A DNA stretch of 51,889 nt. Source: Chromera velia. Its lineage: Eukaryota. Positions 35,880 to 48,371 of the stretch are shown in pieces; position 1 is the first letter of the stretch, and every line of letters starts with the position of its first letter. The notes under the pieces were generated by a model that saw only the letters and a program-made list of their open reading frames with translations, had not been told where the DNA came from and searched no databases. The stretch covers positions 1-51,889 of the forward strand of contig JAHBMJ010000269.1 of assembly GCA_018398765.1 (NCBI GenBank), in the 5' to 3' direction. The position numbers and the translations under genes were made by a program.

Positions 35880-36113
35880 GCATGCATTCGGCACTCACTG
35901 TAGTCAGAAAGAAGCATGGCATATCACTGTAGTCAGTTTCTTTCACCCCACGAACTACAGCTTCTTCCCCTTTCGCATGCATTCGGCACTCACTGTAGTC
36001 AGAAAGAAGCATGGCATATCACTATAGTCAGTTTCTTTCACCCCACGAGCTATAGTTTCTTCCCCTTTCGCATGCATTCGGCACTCACTGTAGTCAGAAA
36101 GAAGCATGGCATA
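35880..36113. repeat. 95-bp tandem repeat, about 2.5 copies
   Basis: GCATGCATTCGGCACTCACTGTAGTCAGAAAG starts at 35880, 35975 and 36070. Confidence 0.95.
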
Positions 36114-36906
36114 AGTCGAAGGAGATAGTCGTATACAGTATGACCGGTACGCGAATGTACTTTGGAAGAGGAAAAGCTGAATCGAATGGGGCAGGGGAGA
36201 GACGGCAGTGGAGAAGAAGAGGAATAGAATCAGTTCCCACCCAAGAGGGTGCATATTCAATCGTCTGTTTCTCGACTCAAAGTTTGCTTTCTCGTCGACA
36301 CTGGTGAACAGTATGATGTGATGGGGTTATATAATCAAGGAATGAATGTCAAGGAGCGATGGGGATGGGGCACACAGTCTGCAGCAAGAACGGAAGAGAG
36401 GGACGCGTGAAGTGACTGAGTAAAGAGGGGCCCATTCTCTTTGTCTCTCTATTGGCCTGCTATTCTTCGGCTCCGCTGACATTGTGCAGCTACCTGTAAG
36501 AACGTGGGTCAGGTTGCTGAAGCTTTTTGTTTTTTTTTGAAGAAAACAGTGAGACAGTGCATGTACGGGAAAAACCGCATTTGGTTTCTGACAGGCGAAA
36601 GTCGAAAGTGAACAGGACAAAGTGAACATTCCAGGTATTTAAAAAAGCAAAATGAACTCTCACCCCACGAGCTACAGTTTCTTTCAGTCAGGCAATCTCC
36701 TGCCGTGCAAAAATCAATTGTTTCTCTCTCTCTCACCTTTTCCCCCTTTCCAACTCTCTTTACCAGTACGAGACGGAGAACTGAAAGGAAACGTATGGTA
36801 GGAACGAAATTAATCGAAGAGGTAACTGCATGCAGTGTGAAGCTCCCTCCAAAAAAAGCCTGGAGAGAAACAGCTAGGCGCCGTCTCCCCCCTGTCCGAA
36901 AAAAGG

Positions 36907-36941
<35 letters not shown>

Positions 36942-37190
36942 CGTTATCTGCTGTTTCTTTGTTTCGTCTCTGGTGCCAATCTGTATGCACACACCGGCCT
37001 GTGTAAGATGATGCAGTGTGGTGGTTCCAGTCTTTTTCTTGAATTCGATTGGTTGTGTTTCTTTCTTTCTCATTTCTTTCTTGCCTCGAGGGCCTTCATT
37101 TTTCTCTTGATAAAGTTGATTTTACGTCGCTGCTTAGTTTTCGTTTTCGTATCTGCCTGCCTTCATGCTAGGAAAGAATCATGCTTGGTT

Positions 37191-37743
37191 CTAGAACTTC
37201 AGACCTCCGAAGTTCAAGTCCAGCATCTCTTTCATCTGATCTCCCCCCTCGAATATCTTCCCTCCCTCTCCCGGCATCATCTTCTCCATGCCGTCTCCTC
37301 CCATCTTTCCAAAATCCAAGTTGGGGTCTTTGAACTTCAGATCCAGGCCATCAGACCCAGGTAAGTCCTTCAAGCCATCAGGCAGCTTGAAACCCTTCAG
37401 ATCGAATTGGCCAATGCCCTCAGCAGGAACTTTGAACAGACCTCCATCCTCCCCGACCACACCCTGGCCCTCCAGATCCTCTCCTGCATCGATGGAGGGA
37501 TCGATCGATGCGTGCAATCGTCAGAGAGGAGGAGGACCATACTCACGTGTACACACAAAAAAGTACGACAGAGAACCATATAAAAGAAAGCAAAAAAGAA
37601 GAACCCTGCTGCATGGCTTCGGAAATGACCTCTCAGGAATGCAACCCTAAGACAAGACCCAGCAGGAACAGACCGCGAATGGGAGCGCAAGAGTGTCTGA
37701 AATTTGGCACTTTGGATCATATCATGGGTTTCATTTTGTTTTG

Positions 37744-37783
<40 letters not shown>

Positions 37784-38030
37784 CTCTCTTGATTACCATC
37801 GGCCGTGCAAAATTCGATCCCTGTGCTTTGCTGACCTTTGCCAAAGTTGAGGCCGTCCAAACCCTTGAAGAAGCCATCAAATTTCAATCCGTCAAGTTTC
37901 AGACCGTCAAGCTTGAAGCCGCCGTCGAAGAAACTGCCACCAAAGAGGCCACCGCCCCCGTCCTTCGAAGCGAACGCACACGTGCCAGGAGCGCATCTGG
38001 TCTTGTCTCCCTTGAAAGATCCGCTTTGGT

Positions 38031-38074
<44 letters not shown>

Positions 38075-39179
38075 GCATTCACATGCACACGAAAAAGCGA
38101 TCCGGCAATCTTCCGACTCTCCCTCCCCCGCTTCCTGTCACTTTTTCCATGCACGGTCAATCTTTGCGTTTTCGTATGTGCCCCCTCAGTCAGCGACACG
38201 CACAGCCTCAGGAAGCGACGAAATCACCGGAGCCGGCAGACCGACGCTGGACTCTTTCGAAGATTCTATCAAAGGAAGGAATCGTTAGAGGAAAAGAAAA
38301 CGTTGGGGGGGGGATCAGAAAGGATTGCTGAAGGAAGGAAGGAAGGAAGGAAGGAAGGAAATAAGGAAAGAAGGAAGGAAACCAAAAGTATGTGCCAGGA
38401 TGAGTGAGAGGGAATAGTGAGTATCCATGGAGTCAATTGGCTGTGTGCAAGCAAGGAGCTGTGTGCAAGCAAGGAGAAACACAAGGATGGGTTGACAGAA
38501 ACTGACCCACGAGACTTCACTTGAATGATTCATGCACCCACGCATGCACCTACCTTCGCACTCTTCCTGCACCACGTAGAGGCACTCCCCGTCTCCTACG
38601 CAACAGGCTCCGGGCTTCGGGCACCTCACAAATTTACCGGAGCAGCGGCTTCCTGTACCCGAGGAAGAGCCGCCACTCTCAGTGCAAGCCCTCTCCGAGA
38701 CATCGATACAATCCCCTGAGGGCAGACAGCACGCTACAGATGGGGGGAGAATGTCACAATTGACTCCGTCGCACGTGGTGTCATCTCCCTGGAATATTCC
38801 CCCGTCGCCTGTGCAGCTCTCTGCCGACTCGAGAGAGCATGTCTCGTCAGGGAAGCAACAGGCACCCGCAGGAGTGCACTCGGAGTTCAAGCAATTTGAG
38901 TTGGCACCCAGAGGCTCGCCTCCCTGGGCAATGCATTCATCACCCTGCAGGAAGTTGCACACAGGTTCCTGGTCAAAGAGACAACACGCCTCCGGTTCAC
39001 CCTGCAGGGAGGATGTTTCATGCATGTCCCCGGCTCACAGCTCGTTGCGTCAAGCTGCGGCTCTCCAAAGAACGGATCTGCAGATGTATGTACGTTGATT
39101 CGATCAGTGAATTGGACGTACGGTTTCAGTTTCTTTTCCCGCCCTAGCTCTCGGGAAGCGAATTGTTGAAACCAAATTT

Positions 39180-39226
<47 letters not shown>

Positions 39227-39447
39227 CAAGAAAAAAGAAAGAAAGAAAGAAGCAAAGAACCAGGGAAGGAAAGAACGAAGAAAGCATGATGGAAGGGGAT
39301 CCAGAACACTATTAAGTCGGAAGAAAAAGTGGAAGGAAGGCCTCGATCGATCCTACAGGGGTATTCACAAACAGCCGGTCCAATTTTTGAAGCAACAAGA
39401 ATCAATGAATGTCTATTGGAGATGACCATAGGTTTTCTTTCTTTTTT

Positions 39448-39479
<32 letters not shown>

Positions 39480-40612
39480 TTTTCTTTCTTTCTTTCTCTC
39501 CTTCGATCTCTGCCTTCTGACCGGCTGTGCACTGTTCCGGTGTGACGATGACGCAGCCGCCTAGTTGGGGGGATGTGCAGCAGGGGAAAGTTAGGACGGA
39601 GGCCGGACAGACGATCCCTTGGCAAGACTGCTCAACCGCCCCTGGAACAGTCCTCCGTTCTCCTGCAGGAGGGAATTCATGCAGGCCAACAGACAGACAG
39701 ACAGGCAGGATTGGGTTTGAATTTCGTGACGAATTTCAGATTTGTTCGACAGTCCTATTTGTGCTTCGAGTGCTTCGAGTCAGCTTCTATGTGAGGGAGA
39801 ATGGTGGACCATTTTTGATATGAAAACGTGGGCTTGTGCACTTTCTCCTTTCTGAAACATGCTTTTCTGTTGATCGTAGCGTGAGCCCGCAAGGTATCGA
39901 GATTCTAGCACGCAAGCGCGACCTTCCACTCAGCGATTCTTGCTGCAACTGGTCGGCCCATTCTGAATGCTGCTCACGTCTCATCATGGCGGTCTCACAT
40001 CCTGAATTAGAAAGAAGTAAACAGAGACAGATGCGTTATTCTCTATAAAAAACGAAAACCCGACACACTGACCTGGCAGAGCTCGTTCGTAGTGACAGCA
40101 CAAACCCCGGAAGTCAGGCAGCACGCCCCTGTCAGAAGAGGGGGGGTACACGTGGCTCTCGGGTCCGTGCAGTTCGTATCTGGACCCTGGAACTTGCCTC
40201 CGGTCGCGATGCACATCTTCACATCGACCAGCGAGCACGTGCTGTCGTCAAAGCAGCAAGCACCCGAGGGTTTCTTGCACACGTGCTCTTCGCACGGAAC
40301 TCCGACACCGTACCACGCACTGCCCATGCGGTTGGTACAAGTCCCCATAGTTGTCTGCTCGCAGTGACCTGTTTCGGAGTCGCAACACGCGCCCTTGGGC
40401 TGGGGGCACGATGCTTCTGCGCAGGAGATCCCGACGCCCGCAAAGTTTCGGCCTGCAGCATTGCAGTCGCCCTCGATGACCTGACTGCACGCGCCCGTTG
40501 CGGGGTCGCAGCAGGCTCCAACACGAAGCGCCGCGCACAGGCCAGACGAACACTCGGACCCACTTCCCTGGAATCCTTGTGACTCCCCGACGCATTCAGA
40601 GGGAGGGACAAC
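37191..40612 (-). CDS. Cysteine-rich 'GACC' repeat protein with a Gly/Asp/Phe/Lys-rich tail; 5' end unresolved; two apparent frameshifts (may be a pseudogene)
   Basis: Exons 40612-40073, 39662-39522, 39077-38554, 38030-37836, 37483-37191 have GT-AG borders. They encode 9 full and 1 partial six-cysteine repeats (GACC..C..C..GG.FQG..C..C). One base appears missing at ~39640 and at ~39017. A short upstream exon may lie at 40887-40855. Confidence 0.75.
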
Positions 40613-42146
40613 CTGCACATACATGCATACGTCATGCAGGGCCGTCCATAGATGCATATGAAAGCAGGGATGCACAGACGCATACACAGAGGCACGTATG
40701 TACAAGCACACACGGACGCACAGTCTCTCACATATCCACCTCTGAATGCTCTAACGAACCAGCGAGAGACTCTTCACGCACAGACGTCCATGCATGTGAT
40801 CTTCTTCTTCTCAAATCCCCGCTTTGGCAGGTTTTTAGTCAGAGCATTTCTGACCTTGCAGAGAGGAGACAATCTTCTCAAATTCATCTATATAGCTATA
40901 GCTATATATCGATATATAGCTGACATGCGTGTATGCTGCACAGTATGCATGATATACTGCATGCGCGAACACAAAAATTAAGTAAATACTGCATGCATGC
41001 ACGATATATCGTGCACTTTCTTAACTATTCTTTCTATACAGAGCTGCGCATGCATGCATATGTCGCTTTTATTATTGTTGTTATTAATATTTTTACGAGT
41101 TTGTTCGCGCGCATTATGCGCGAAGGCAAGTGCGTTTAATTTAGTTTAATTCAATGTTCGTCCTCGGAGGGTATAGCTAGCTCGGGTAAGTCCAAGGCTA
41201 TCCAAGGCCCTACATACGAAGCCCTGAGAAGTCTCGGAAATTGACATAAAAATTCTGGCAATTTCTGGGCGCACATGATTTTTTAACATGATTTTCAATT
41301 AAGTAGCGGTGGGGACTTGGTCAGCAGAGGGTAGGTATATTTGATTATATCAATATATATCGACCCACACAGAAAAATAAATGAAAATAAGACAATTACT
41401 AATAAAATTAAAGGGCCCACAAGTTGAAGTATAGGGTACCACCATACCAGCCTGCCGCGTATTCATGCTTGCTTCTGGATATACCGGGCCGAGCGTGCAG
41501 GCCGTGCCGCGCGGTGCCGAAGTGCCGTACTGGCCGGGATGGGATTACCGCGCGCGCATTCGATTTTGTACGATTTTGTGTCACGCGCATTCAGCACTAG
41601 CCAGTTCAGATCGATTCATTTCGTACAGCACTAGCTGATCAAACGCCTTTCGGCTGTTCGTTCTACTCTGCCTTGACGGACAGACTATTTTATGAAGTAG
41701 TTCCACCATCATAGAGATCTAGCTCTGCATTCCGTTTGACCATCATTTGGTCATTCTCTTTTGCGGTTGACAGCGCTCTATTGTGTTCCATTTCGGTCAG
41801 TCAACAACCGCAATGATTTCCGTCTCCTCGTCTCTCCAGCTATCTTTTGCTCCACCTTTTCACTGCTTGGAAGCCATCCGTTCCAGTTAGAGGTGGAATG
41901 AAAGAAAGTTTTCAGGAAGTTTTCTCCTTCCAATCTAGAAGCTGTGGAGGACGGATCAACCTGTAGCTACTGCTATGCCTGTAAGTCTCTGCTGGGAGAC
42001 GTCATGTTATACGATGATGTTCGTTTCTCAAAGACTCCAACGTGGATGCCAGATGAAAAACTAAGTCTTCACTGTTCTTCCAAGCTCTTTCGGCTTCTCT
42101 CCTCAACAACATCACCCAGATCGAGTATGTAGACAAGGACCGCCAG

Positions 42147-42465
42147 TGTAAGATAAACAGTACAATGCTATAAGGTGGTCTGAAGGTATGTCTGACCTAG
42201 AAGCGTCAGTGTTCAATCTAGCCAGTCAAACAGTCTATTGATCACTTCATGCACCAGGCTGCTCAAACCATTAACTGCATTTATTTGGCCTCGTCCCATA
42301 GCAGCCTTCACTAAAATCGATTTGATCGCGCGCGCTCATGGCCCGGCGGCAAGCCGTCTCCAAGCCGGTCCCGGTACCTATACTATGCACGCTCACGCCC
42401 CGGCAGCACCTTTCGCGCCGCCACATATACAGCCTGACGTCTCAGCCCCAGGCACACCCCTCACA
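42147..42465 (-). repeat. 3' LTR of the gypsy element
   Basis: TGTAAG...TCACA on +; 311/319 identical to 48053-48371. Confidence 0.97.
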
Positions 42466-42744
42466 CATGCCCGTCCGCCAAACTGACGTCCACGCTCAGT
42501 TCCTTAGCTGAGTACTCAGGCCTGCATCAATCAGTTAAGAAACATACATGGACGTCGGTATGCCACGACCGACCAGATCCAACCAGTCACCTGCCCAGCA
42601 CCACCTCCTTTGTCCAGCTTGTCCACGCCTACTTAATTTGTCTCTCATCTTGAAGCTCACTAACTTTTCTACTAACTCGTTCTCTAACTCATCCCTCACA
42701 CATGCCTATCCACTCCCAGGCCTCACTTCCTTTGCATTCTTCTT

Positions 42745-45700
42745 TTTTTGAAGTCGGCAATTGCTTCTTTTGCACGTGAAAGATTTTCTGCCGGTTTCTA
42801 TGAGGCATCTTCCTTTCTGAATCCCTTCCATCTCACCAAATAATGCGACTTTCTACCGATTTTTTTCTATTCCAATACCTCCTCCACTTCATATTCCGGT
42901 CCTTCAAATCTAGGAAGTCTGACTGCAGGTGGAGGATCTCCCGGCTCTCTAACATACTTGAAGTTCAGAAGTTCTTCAAATAGCTTACATTCACTACAGA
43001 TGAATGCGCACACCTGCCGAGAAGATGAGCTCATACGCCCCTCTTGTCACTATTTTCTCTACCTCGAAGGGACCAAACCAAATTGGCTCCAACTTTCTTT
43101 TTTGTCCTTCCGGTCTCTTTTCTTGTTCAAAGAACTCTCTGTGCACCAAAACCCAATCTCTAGGACCAATCTCCAATTCCCTGCGGTGTCGATCAAAATA
43201 GCGGGCTGCTGTCTCTCTGGCCCGCTCCAACAATTTCTTTGCCTGAGTGATCTCTGCCTTGTGCCTTGCGACGAAGTCTGCTGCAGAAGGCGACAGCGAG
43301 CTTCCCCTGACCGGCACTGCAGGCAGACGAATTGGATCAAACCCATGTATAAATCTGTAAGGTGAGAGACCAGTCACAGGATGAACACTGTCTCTGTCGG
43401 TAAAATTACATGCAGGCAAAGCCTCGGCCTAATCTTCCTGATGGTCCATCATAAAATATCGCAACATCTCCCTGATTGTCCTATTGTCTCTCTCTGTCTG
43501 TCCGTCTGTCTGTGGGTGTTGAAAGGAACTCATTTTTATTTTTAAATTCCACAACTTCTGTAACTCTCGCCAGAAGGCAGAAATAAAGTGAGGATCACGA
43601 TCAGAGACAAGCGACCAAAACATGCCAACAGAACACACCACTCTTTCAAACACAACAGATGCAGTTTCTTCTCCTGTGATCTCCTCCCACACTGGAATGA
43701 AAAATGCATCTTTTGACAGATGGTCAACCACAGACAGAATTCCATCCACAATCTTTCCTCAATACAATATCCTCGGCAGACTAAACAGGAAGTCAAGAGA
43801 AAGACTCTTATATACAAATTCAGGGATGAGCAGCGAATTCAGCAAACCTGGTTTTTTCTGTGTTGAATGCTTTGCTCTCTGACATACATCATAGCAAGCC
43901 ACGTATTTCTTCACTGAGCGGTATATATTAGGCCAGTAAAACTTGCTGTTCACCTTTAAGAAAGTCTTCTCTGGCCCTAGGTGTCCGCCCATCATGGTGT
44001 CGTGGTGCTCTGAGATGATCTGTCTCTGCAATATATCAGTAGGGATGACCAGACGATTTGTGAAATACAGGAGGCCATCCATGAAAGTGAATGATTGAAT
44101 TCTTATTCTCAAGTGTCGAGGTACCGGCTCTTCTAGATATCTAAGCACCTCACACAGTTCCTGAAAGAATGTTTCCTTCTTGTATCCTCTCTTTATCTCT
44201 CTCAGGAACTCTTTATCCACGTCCACTCTCATTTCTATTCCCGCCAGAATTCTTTTCTCTCTGTCTTCTTCTTCTTTTTCTTCACTCTTTTCCTCAATAT
44301 TTTCTCTTTCCTCCTCTGTCTTTCTTTTCTTCTCTGTTTCTCTATTCTCCTCTGTCTCTCTGTTTGCCTCTGTCTCTCTCTTCTCCTCTGTTTTTCTATT
44401 TGCCTCTGTCTCTCTCTTCTCCTCTATCTCTCTGTTTGCCTCTGTCTCTCTCTCTGGCTTTCTACTCAATGCATCCGCCACCCGATTTTTCGATCCCGGC
44501 ACATAGCGAGGAACGATTCCAATCTGATCAAACAACATCACCCAACGACGCATGCGCGGAGACATTTGCATCCGATCAGCAGTCGACATGATCGTTTTCA
44601 AAGATTCATGATCGCTCCACACTTGAGTAGTACAAGAGATATACGGACGCCAAATCTTTACAATAAACACACACGCTAAAAATTCTTTGTCTTTGATATG
44701 ATAGTTCTTCTTTGCAGGGCTCATCGTTCTTGACGCGAAGGCACACGGATGCAGAATTCCGACCTGTGGGTCCTTCTGCATCAACACCGCCGCGAGCATT
44801 GAGGTCTTTTCACAGGCATCTGCAAAGACCTCAAACGGGCGGGTGGGTTCTGGAACAAACAATTCTGTCACTTTCGTCACGGCTTCCTTCACTGTCTCGA
44901 AGCTCGCTTGCTGCTCTTTTTTCCATTCAAACTTCACCTTCTTTTTCAGTAAGCGATACATCGGAGCAGCCTTCTTACTGAACTCAAAAATAAATCTTCT
45001 CACCCACGACGCCAAGCCGAGAAAAGAATGTAATTCACTCGTGCTCTTTGGTACAGGCCAGTTCTTAATTTCCTCTATTTTACTTCTCTCTGGCCTCACT
45101 CCCTTTTCTGAAATCTTCAATCCAAGAAAAATAACCTCTCTTTGAAAAAAATGACATTTCGAAAGCTTCGCGAACAATTTTGCTTGTCTCAATAAAAACA
45201 AAACCCGAGACACATGCCTTACATGCTCTTCTCTTGTCCACAAATAAATCAAAATATTGTCAATAAAAACTGACACATATCTATCCAAACACTCATGCAA
45301 TACATACTGAATGAGTCTCATTGCTGCCGGTGGAGCGTTTGTCAACCCAAAAGAGACAACCAACCACTCGAAATTTCCATACCGTGTCGTAAATGCTGTT
45401 TTCTGAATGTCTCCCTCCCTTACTCTCATTTGATGGTAGTACTGTCTGAGATCAAGTGCAGTAAAGAATTTTGCCCCATGCAGCCGATCAATGAGGTCTT
45501 GTGGGTGAGCGAGTGGGTGTTTGTCTTTGATTGTAATTCTGTTCAGTCCTGTGTAATCACAACACATCCTCATGCTTCCGTCTTTCTTCTGTACAAACAA
45601 CACTGGAGCTGCATATGGAGAGCATGATGGGCGAATGAATCCCTGTTTCAAATATGTATCCACCTGCTTTCTCAGCTCATCCAACTCACCAAGAGAAAGA

Positions 45701-46581
45701 CGGTAAGGTGGGTAAGCTGGGGGTGGGTGGCCGGGTTCCAAATCGATCTTGAAATCCAGCCCCTCGCCCTAAGACGGAGGTAATCCTGAAAAAGAGTGAG
45801 GAAAGAGAGTTGCATTCTCTACCATAATTCTTTTCACGTCGACAGGCATGGACGGTTTTTGAAGAAACTTACGCACCTCACTCAAATCAGGCAAAGAGAA
45901 AACAGAATGGTTAGCCGGGAGCGAAGAAAGAAAGTCATTCACTGTCTCACTACCCCCCTTTCCTTTTTCCTTCATCTCCACATTCTTTTCCCCCTCATGT
46001 ATTTCATGAAGCCCTTGAACCCGACATGCACCGAACTCACCGGGTGAGGATCTTGTCTGCAACCGCAGAATGTGGCAGACCGCCCCCTTTCAGATTGCTC
46101 GACGTGCCTGCATAGAAGAGAGAAGAGGGGGACAATCTGAAAATTCCTCCTCCTCTTCAAGCTCTGCATCAGGCACCCAGTAAATCAATTTTCCCTTGAA
46201 CTAAAAACGCAGATTTTGAGACGACCACTGTAACTCTGGCTCATACTCACGCCCCCACTTTGTTCCCAAAATTAAATCATATTCCTCCAGGTTGGCCAGC
46301 ATGGCACCTACTGTCTCTTGGTACCCTTGGATGCTGACTGGCACAGAGGGCGCACACTCCCGAACCGTTCGCGTTTTGATCGCCTTCTTCGAAGCTTTCA
46401 GCGCCCCATGTACCAGAGTTGGTCGTCTCAATCTGCACACATGGATGTGATGGGCATGGGCAAATCTGCGATCTAGATAAATATCATCCGCTCCGGAGTC
46501 AACTAAAACTCTGACAGGCACACCCGCCACTCGACCAGAGTATATAAACAACCCTGGATGAAAGTCTAAATCAGAGAACAA
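42745..46581 (-). pseudogene. Gypsy pol (protease, RT, RNase H, integrase, chromodomain), disrupted
   Basis: LVDSGA protease (46201-46581); RT KTAFTTRYG..FGLTNAP..FIDN (YxDD mutated); RNase H ADAC/SDH/ADALSR; integrase HDT..GH, SDRD, HPQTDGQTER, WFGPF; chromodomain EYEVEEVLE*K..YLVRWKGF...S*KP.ENL (~42780-42895). Several stops. Confidence 0.95.
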
Positions 46582-46946
46582 ATCAAGAGCGGAATTCGAC
46601 TCTGTATCACACGTGTTTATGTGTTCGATAGGAATGTCAAACTCTTAGGGATCCCCATATATATTTCTGTGCACCGACCACATTGACCATGTGTCGGGGG
46701 CACTTCTCCCTCTTCATAGCCCCCGTAGATCGTCCGGACTCCAGATCGTCCACCGTCACGGCCACCTTCACGCTTTCCACGACCACCATGCCCTCTGCCC
46801 CGATGGCCCGAGTCTCTGTGTCCCCCCCTCCACTACGCCTGGAAGGAGGAACCCTGCTGGGGATTACCACCGCGTGCCCACTGCCTTTTTCCTCCTTGCT
46901 CCCATCTCCACGAGTCAGACTCTGCACGGGAGTTGCCCTAATTTGC

Positions 46947-47939
46947 CTAGCCCTGTGGCCCTGGGCATCTGTTGGCACTATGACCAGACAGGCGGCAACG
47001 GAAGCACCGTCCTTCCCGGCTGCAATGGGTTCTCTTGTCCGGCGTGAGTGGTGGTGGGAGCGAACGGACCCCACACAAATCCATGGGGATGGGCCCTTCC
47101 TCAGGAACAAGCGGCTGGTTACGTTGATCGCTCACCCCTCCACTCTTAGGAACGCGCAGACAGAAATCTCGGTGTCCGCCACCTTTTGCTCGGGAGGAGA
47201 GGAAGGCTTCGATCTTGGCTGCCTCCTTCTGTATCTCTAACAGTGTGTGTGTCTTCGCCTTTACAACGTCGAGGGCGATGGAGTTCGGCAGTCCCTTGAT
47301 GTAGTCCTCGACAACGTCTTCCTCCCACAGGTGGGGAAGCTGGCCCACCAACTGAGAGAAGGCCTCGTTGTACTTCTCCACCCCTAAGGCTTCAGTGCAG
47401 CGAAGTGCCTGAAGCTTTGCCTGAGCGATACTCCTCTCCATGGTCACCTTCAGTCTCTCCGTGAGTTCAGTCTTCAGCGACTCCCAGTTTGAGAACACTC
47501 CATACTCCTCCTCATACTTCTCATACCATTCCTTCAAATAGGCCGGTAGCCGGCCTTTCGCCATCTTCATTTTCTTCGATTCAAAGAAGTCTTCTACGTC
47601 CTTCAGCCATCTCTGAAGCTCCTCCCTCTTGCCAGAGAACACCAGCTTGGCGGGAAGCTCCACAACCTTGCTCACGCAGTGACTGGGACCAATGTCAGTG
47701 CTCGCATCCGCAGGCGAGCTCTGAAGGATCGGAGGGGAAACCTGGGACAATAGAGAAAGGCCTGATTGGACAGCTTGAATGGCCTGTCCTTGTGCCTCCA
47801 AAGCCTGTCCCTGCAAAATCAATTGTTGACCCTGCAAGGCCTGTATTTTCTGAACGATGCGCATCGAATTGGACAATGTTTCAAGGGCCCTAAACACTTC
47901 TGGAATGCCCGGAGCCCCAACATTCTGCGCACCTTCCAT
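46947..47939 (-). pseudogene. Gypsy gag with zinc knuckle
   Basis: FSGKREELQRW, W..LKTEL, YIKGLP, GPIPMDL, CFRCRLSGHSANRC. The frame continues past TAG codons. Confidence 0.9.
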
Positions 47940-48038
47940 CAGCGTATCGAGCCGAAGGAAGGAACTTCAAGAGCAATTCTCAGTCTGAAGCAACACTTGG
48001 AAACTTTTCTTTCCACCCTTATCTGAGGCTGGAAAGAG

Positions 48039-48050
48039 GCTCTACTACCA
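48039..48050 (-). promoter_or_regulatory. Primer-binding site, initiator tRNA-Met type
   Basis: TGGTAGTAGAGC lies two bases inside the 5' LTR and resembles the TGGTA(G/T)CAGAG iMet PBS with one C-to-T change. Confidence 0.75.
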
Positions 48051-48052
48051 AC

Positions 48053-48371
48053 TGTAAGATAAACAGTACAATGCTATAAGGTGGTCTGAAGGTATGTCTG
48101 ACCTAGAAGCGTCAGTGTTCAATCTAGCCAGTCAAACAGTCTATTGATCACTTCATGCACTAGGCTGCTCAAACCATTAACTGCATTTATTTGGCCTCGT
48201 CCCATAGCAGCCTTCACTAAAATCGATTTGATCGCGCGCGCTCATGGCCCGGCGGCAAGCCGTCTCCGAGCTGGTCCCGGTACCTATACTATGCGCGCTC
48301 ACACCCCGGCAGCACCTTTCGCGCCGCCACATATACAGCCCGACGTCTCAGCCCCAGGCACGCCCTTCACA
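48053..48371 (-). repeat. 5' LTR of the gypsy element
   Basis: Pairs with 42147-42465; adjacent to the PBS and followed on + by the TSD GCCAG. Confidence 0.97.

Larger units (their letters stand above)
42147..48371 (-). mobile_element. Full-length but inactivated Ty3/gypsy chromovirus-type LTR retrotransposon
   Basis: 319-bp TG..CA LTRs, 5-bp TSD GCCAG (42142-42146 and 48372-48376), PBS TGGTAGTAGAGC, order gag-PR-RT-RH-IN-chromodomain. Confidence 0.97.

Noticed and set aside
35880..36113. 95-bp repeats as a CRISPR array or ncRNA cluster
   Set aside because: Simple tandem duplication with no variable spacers or recognisable RNA motif.
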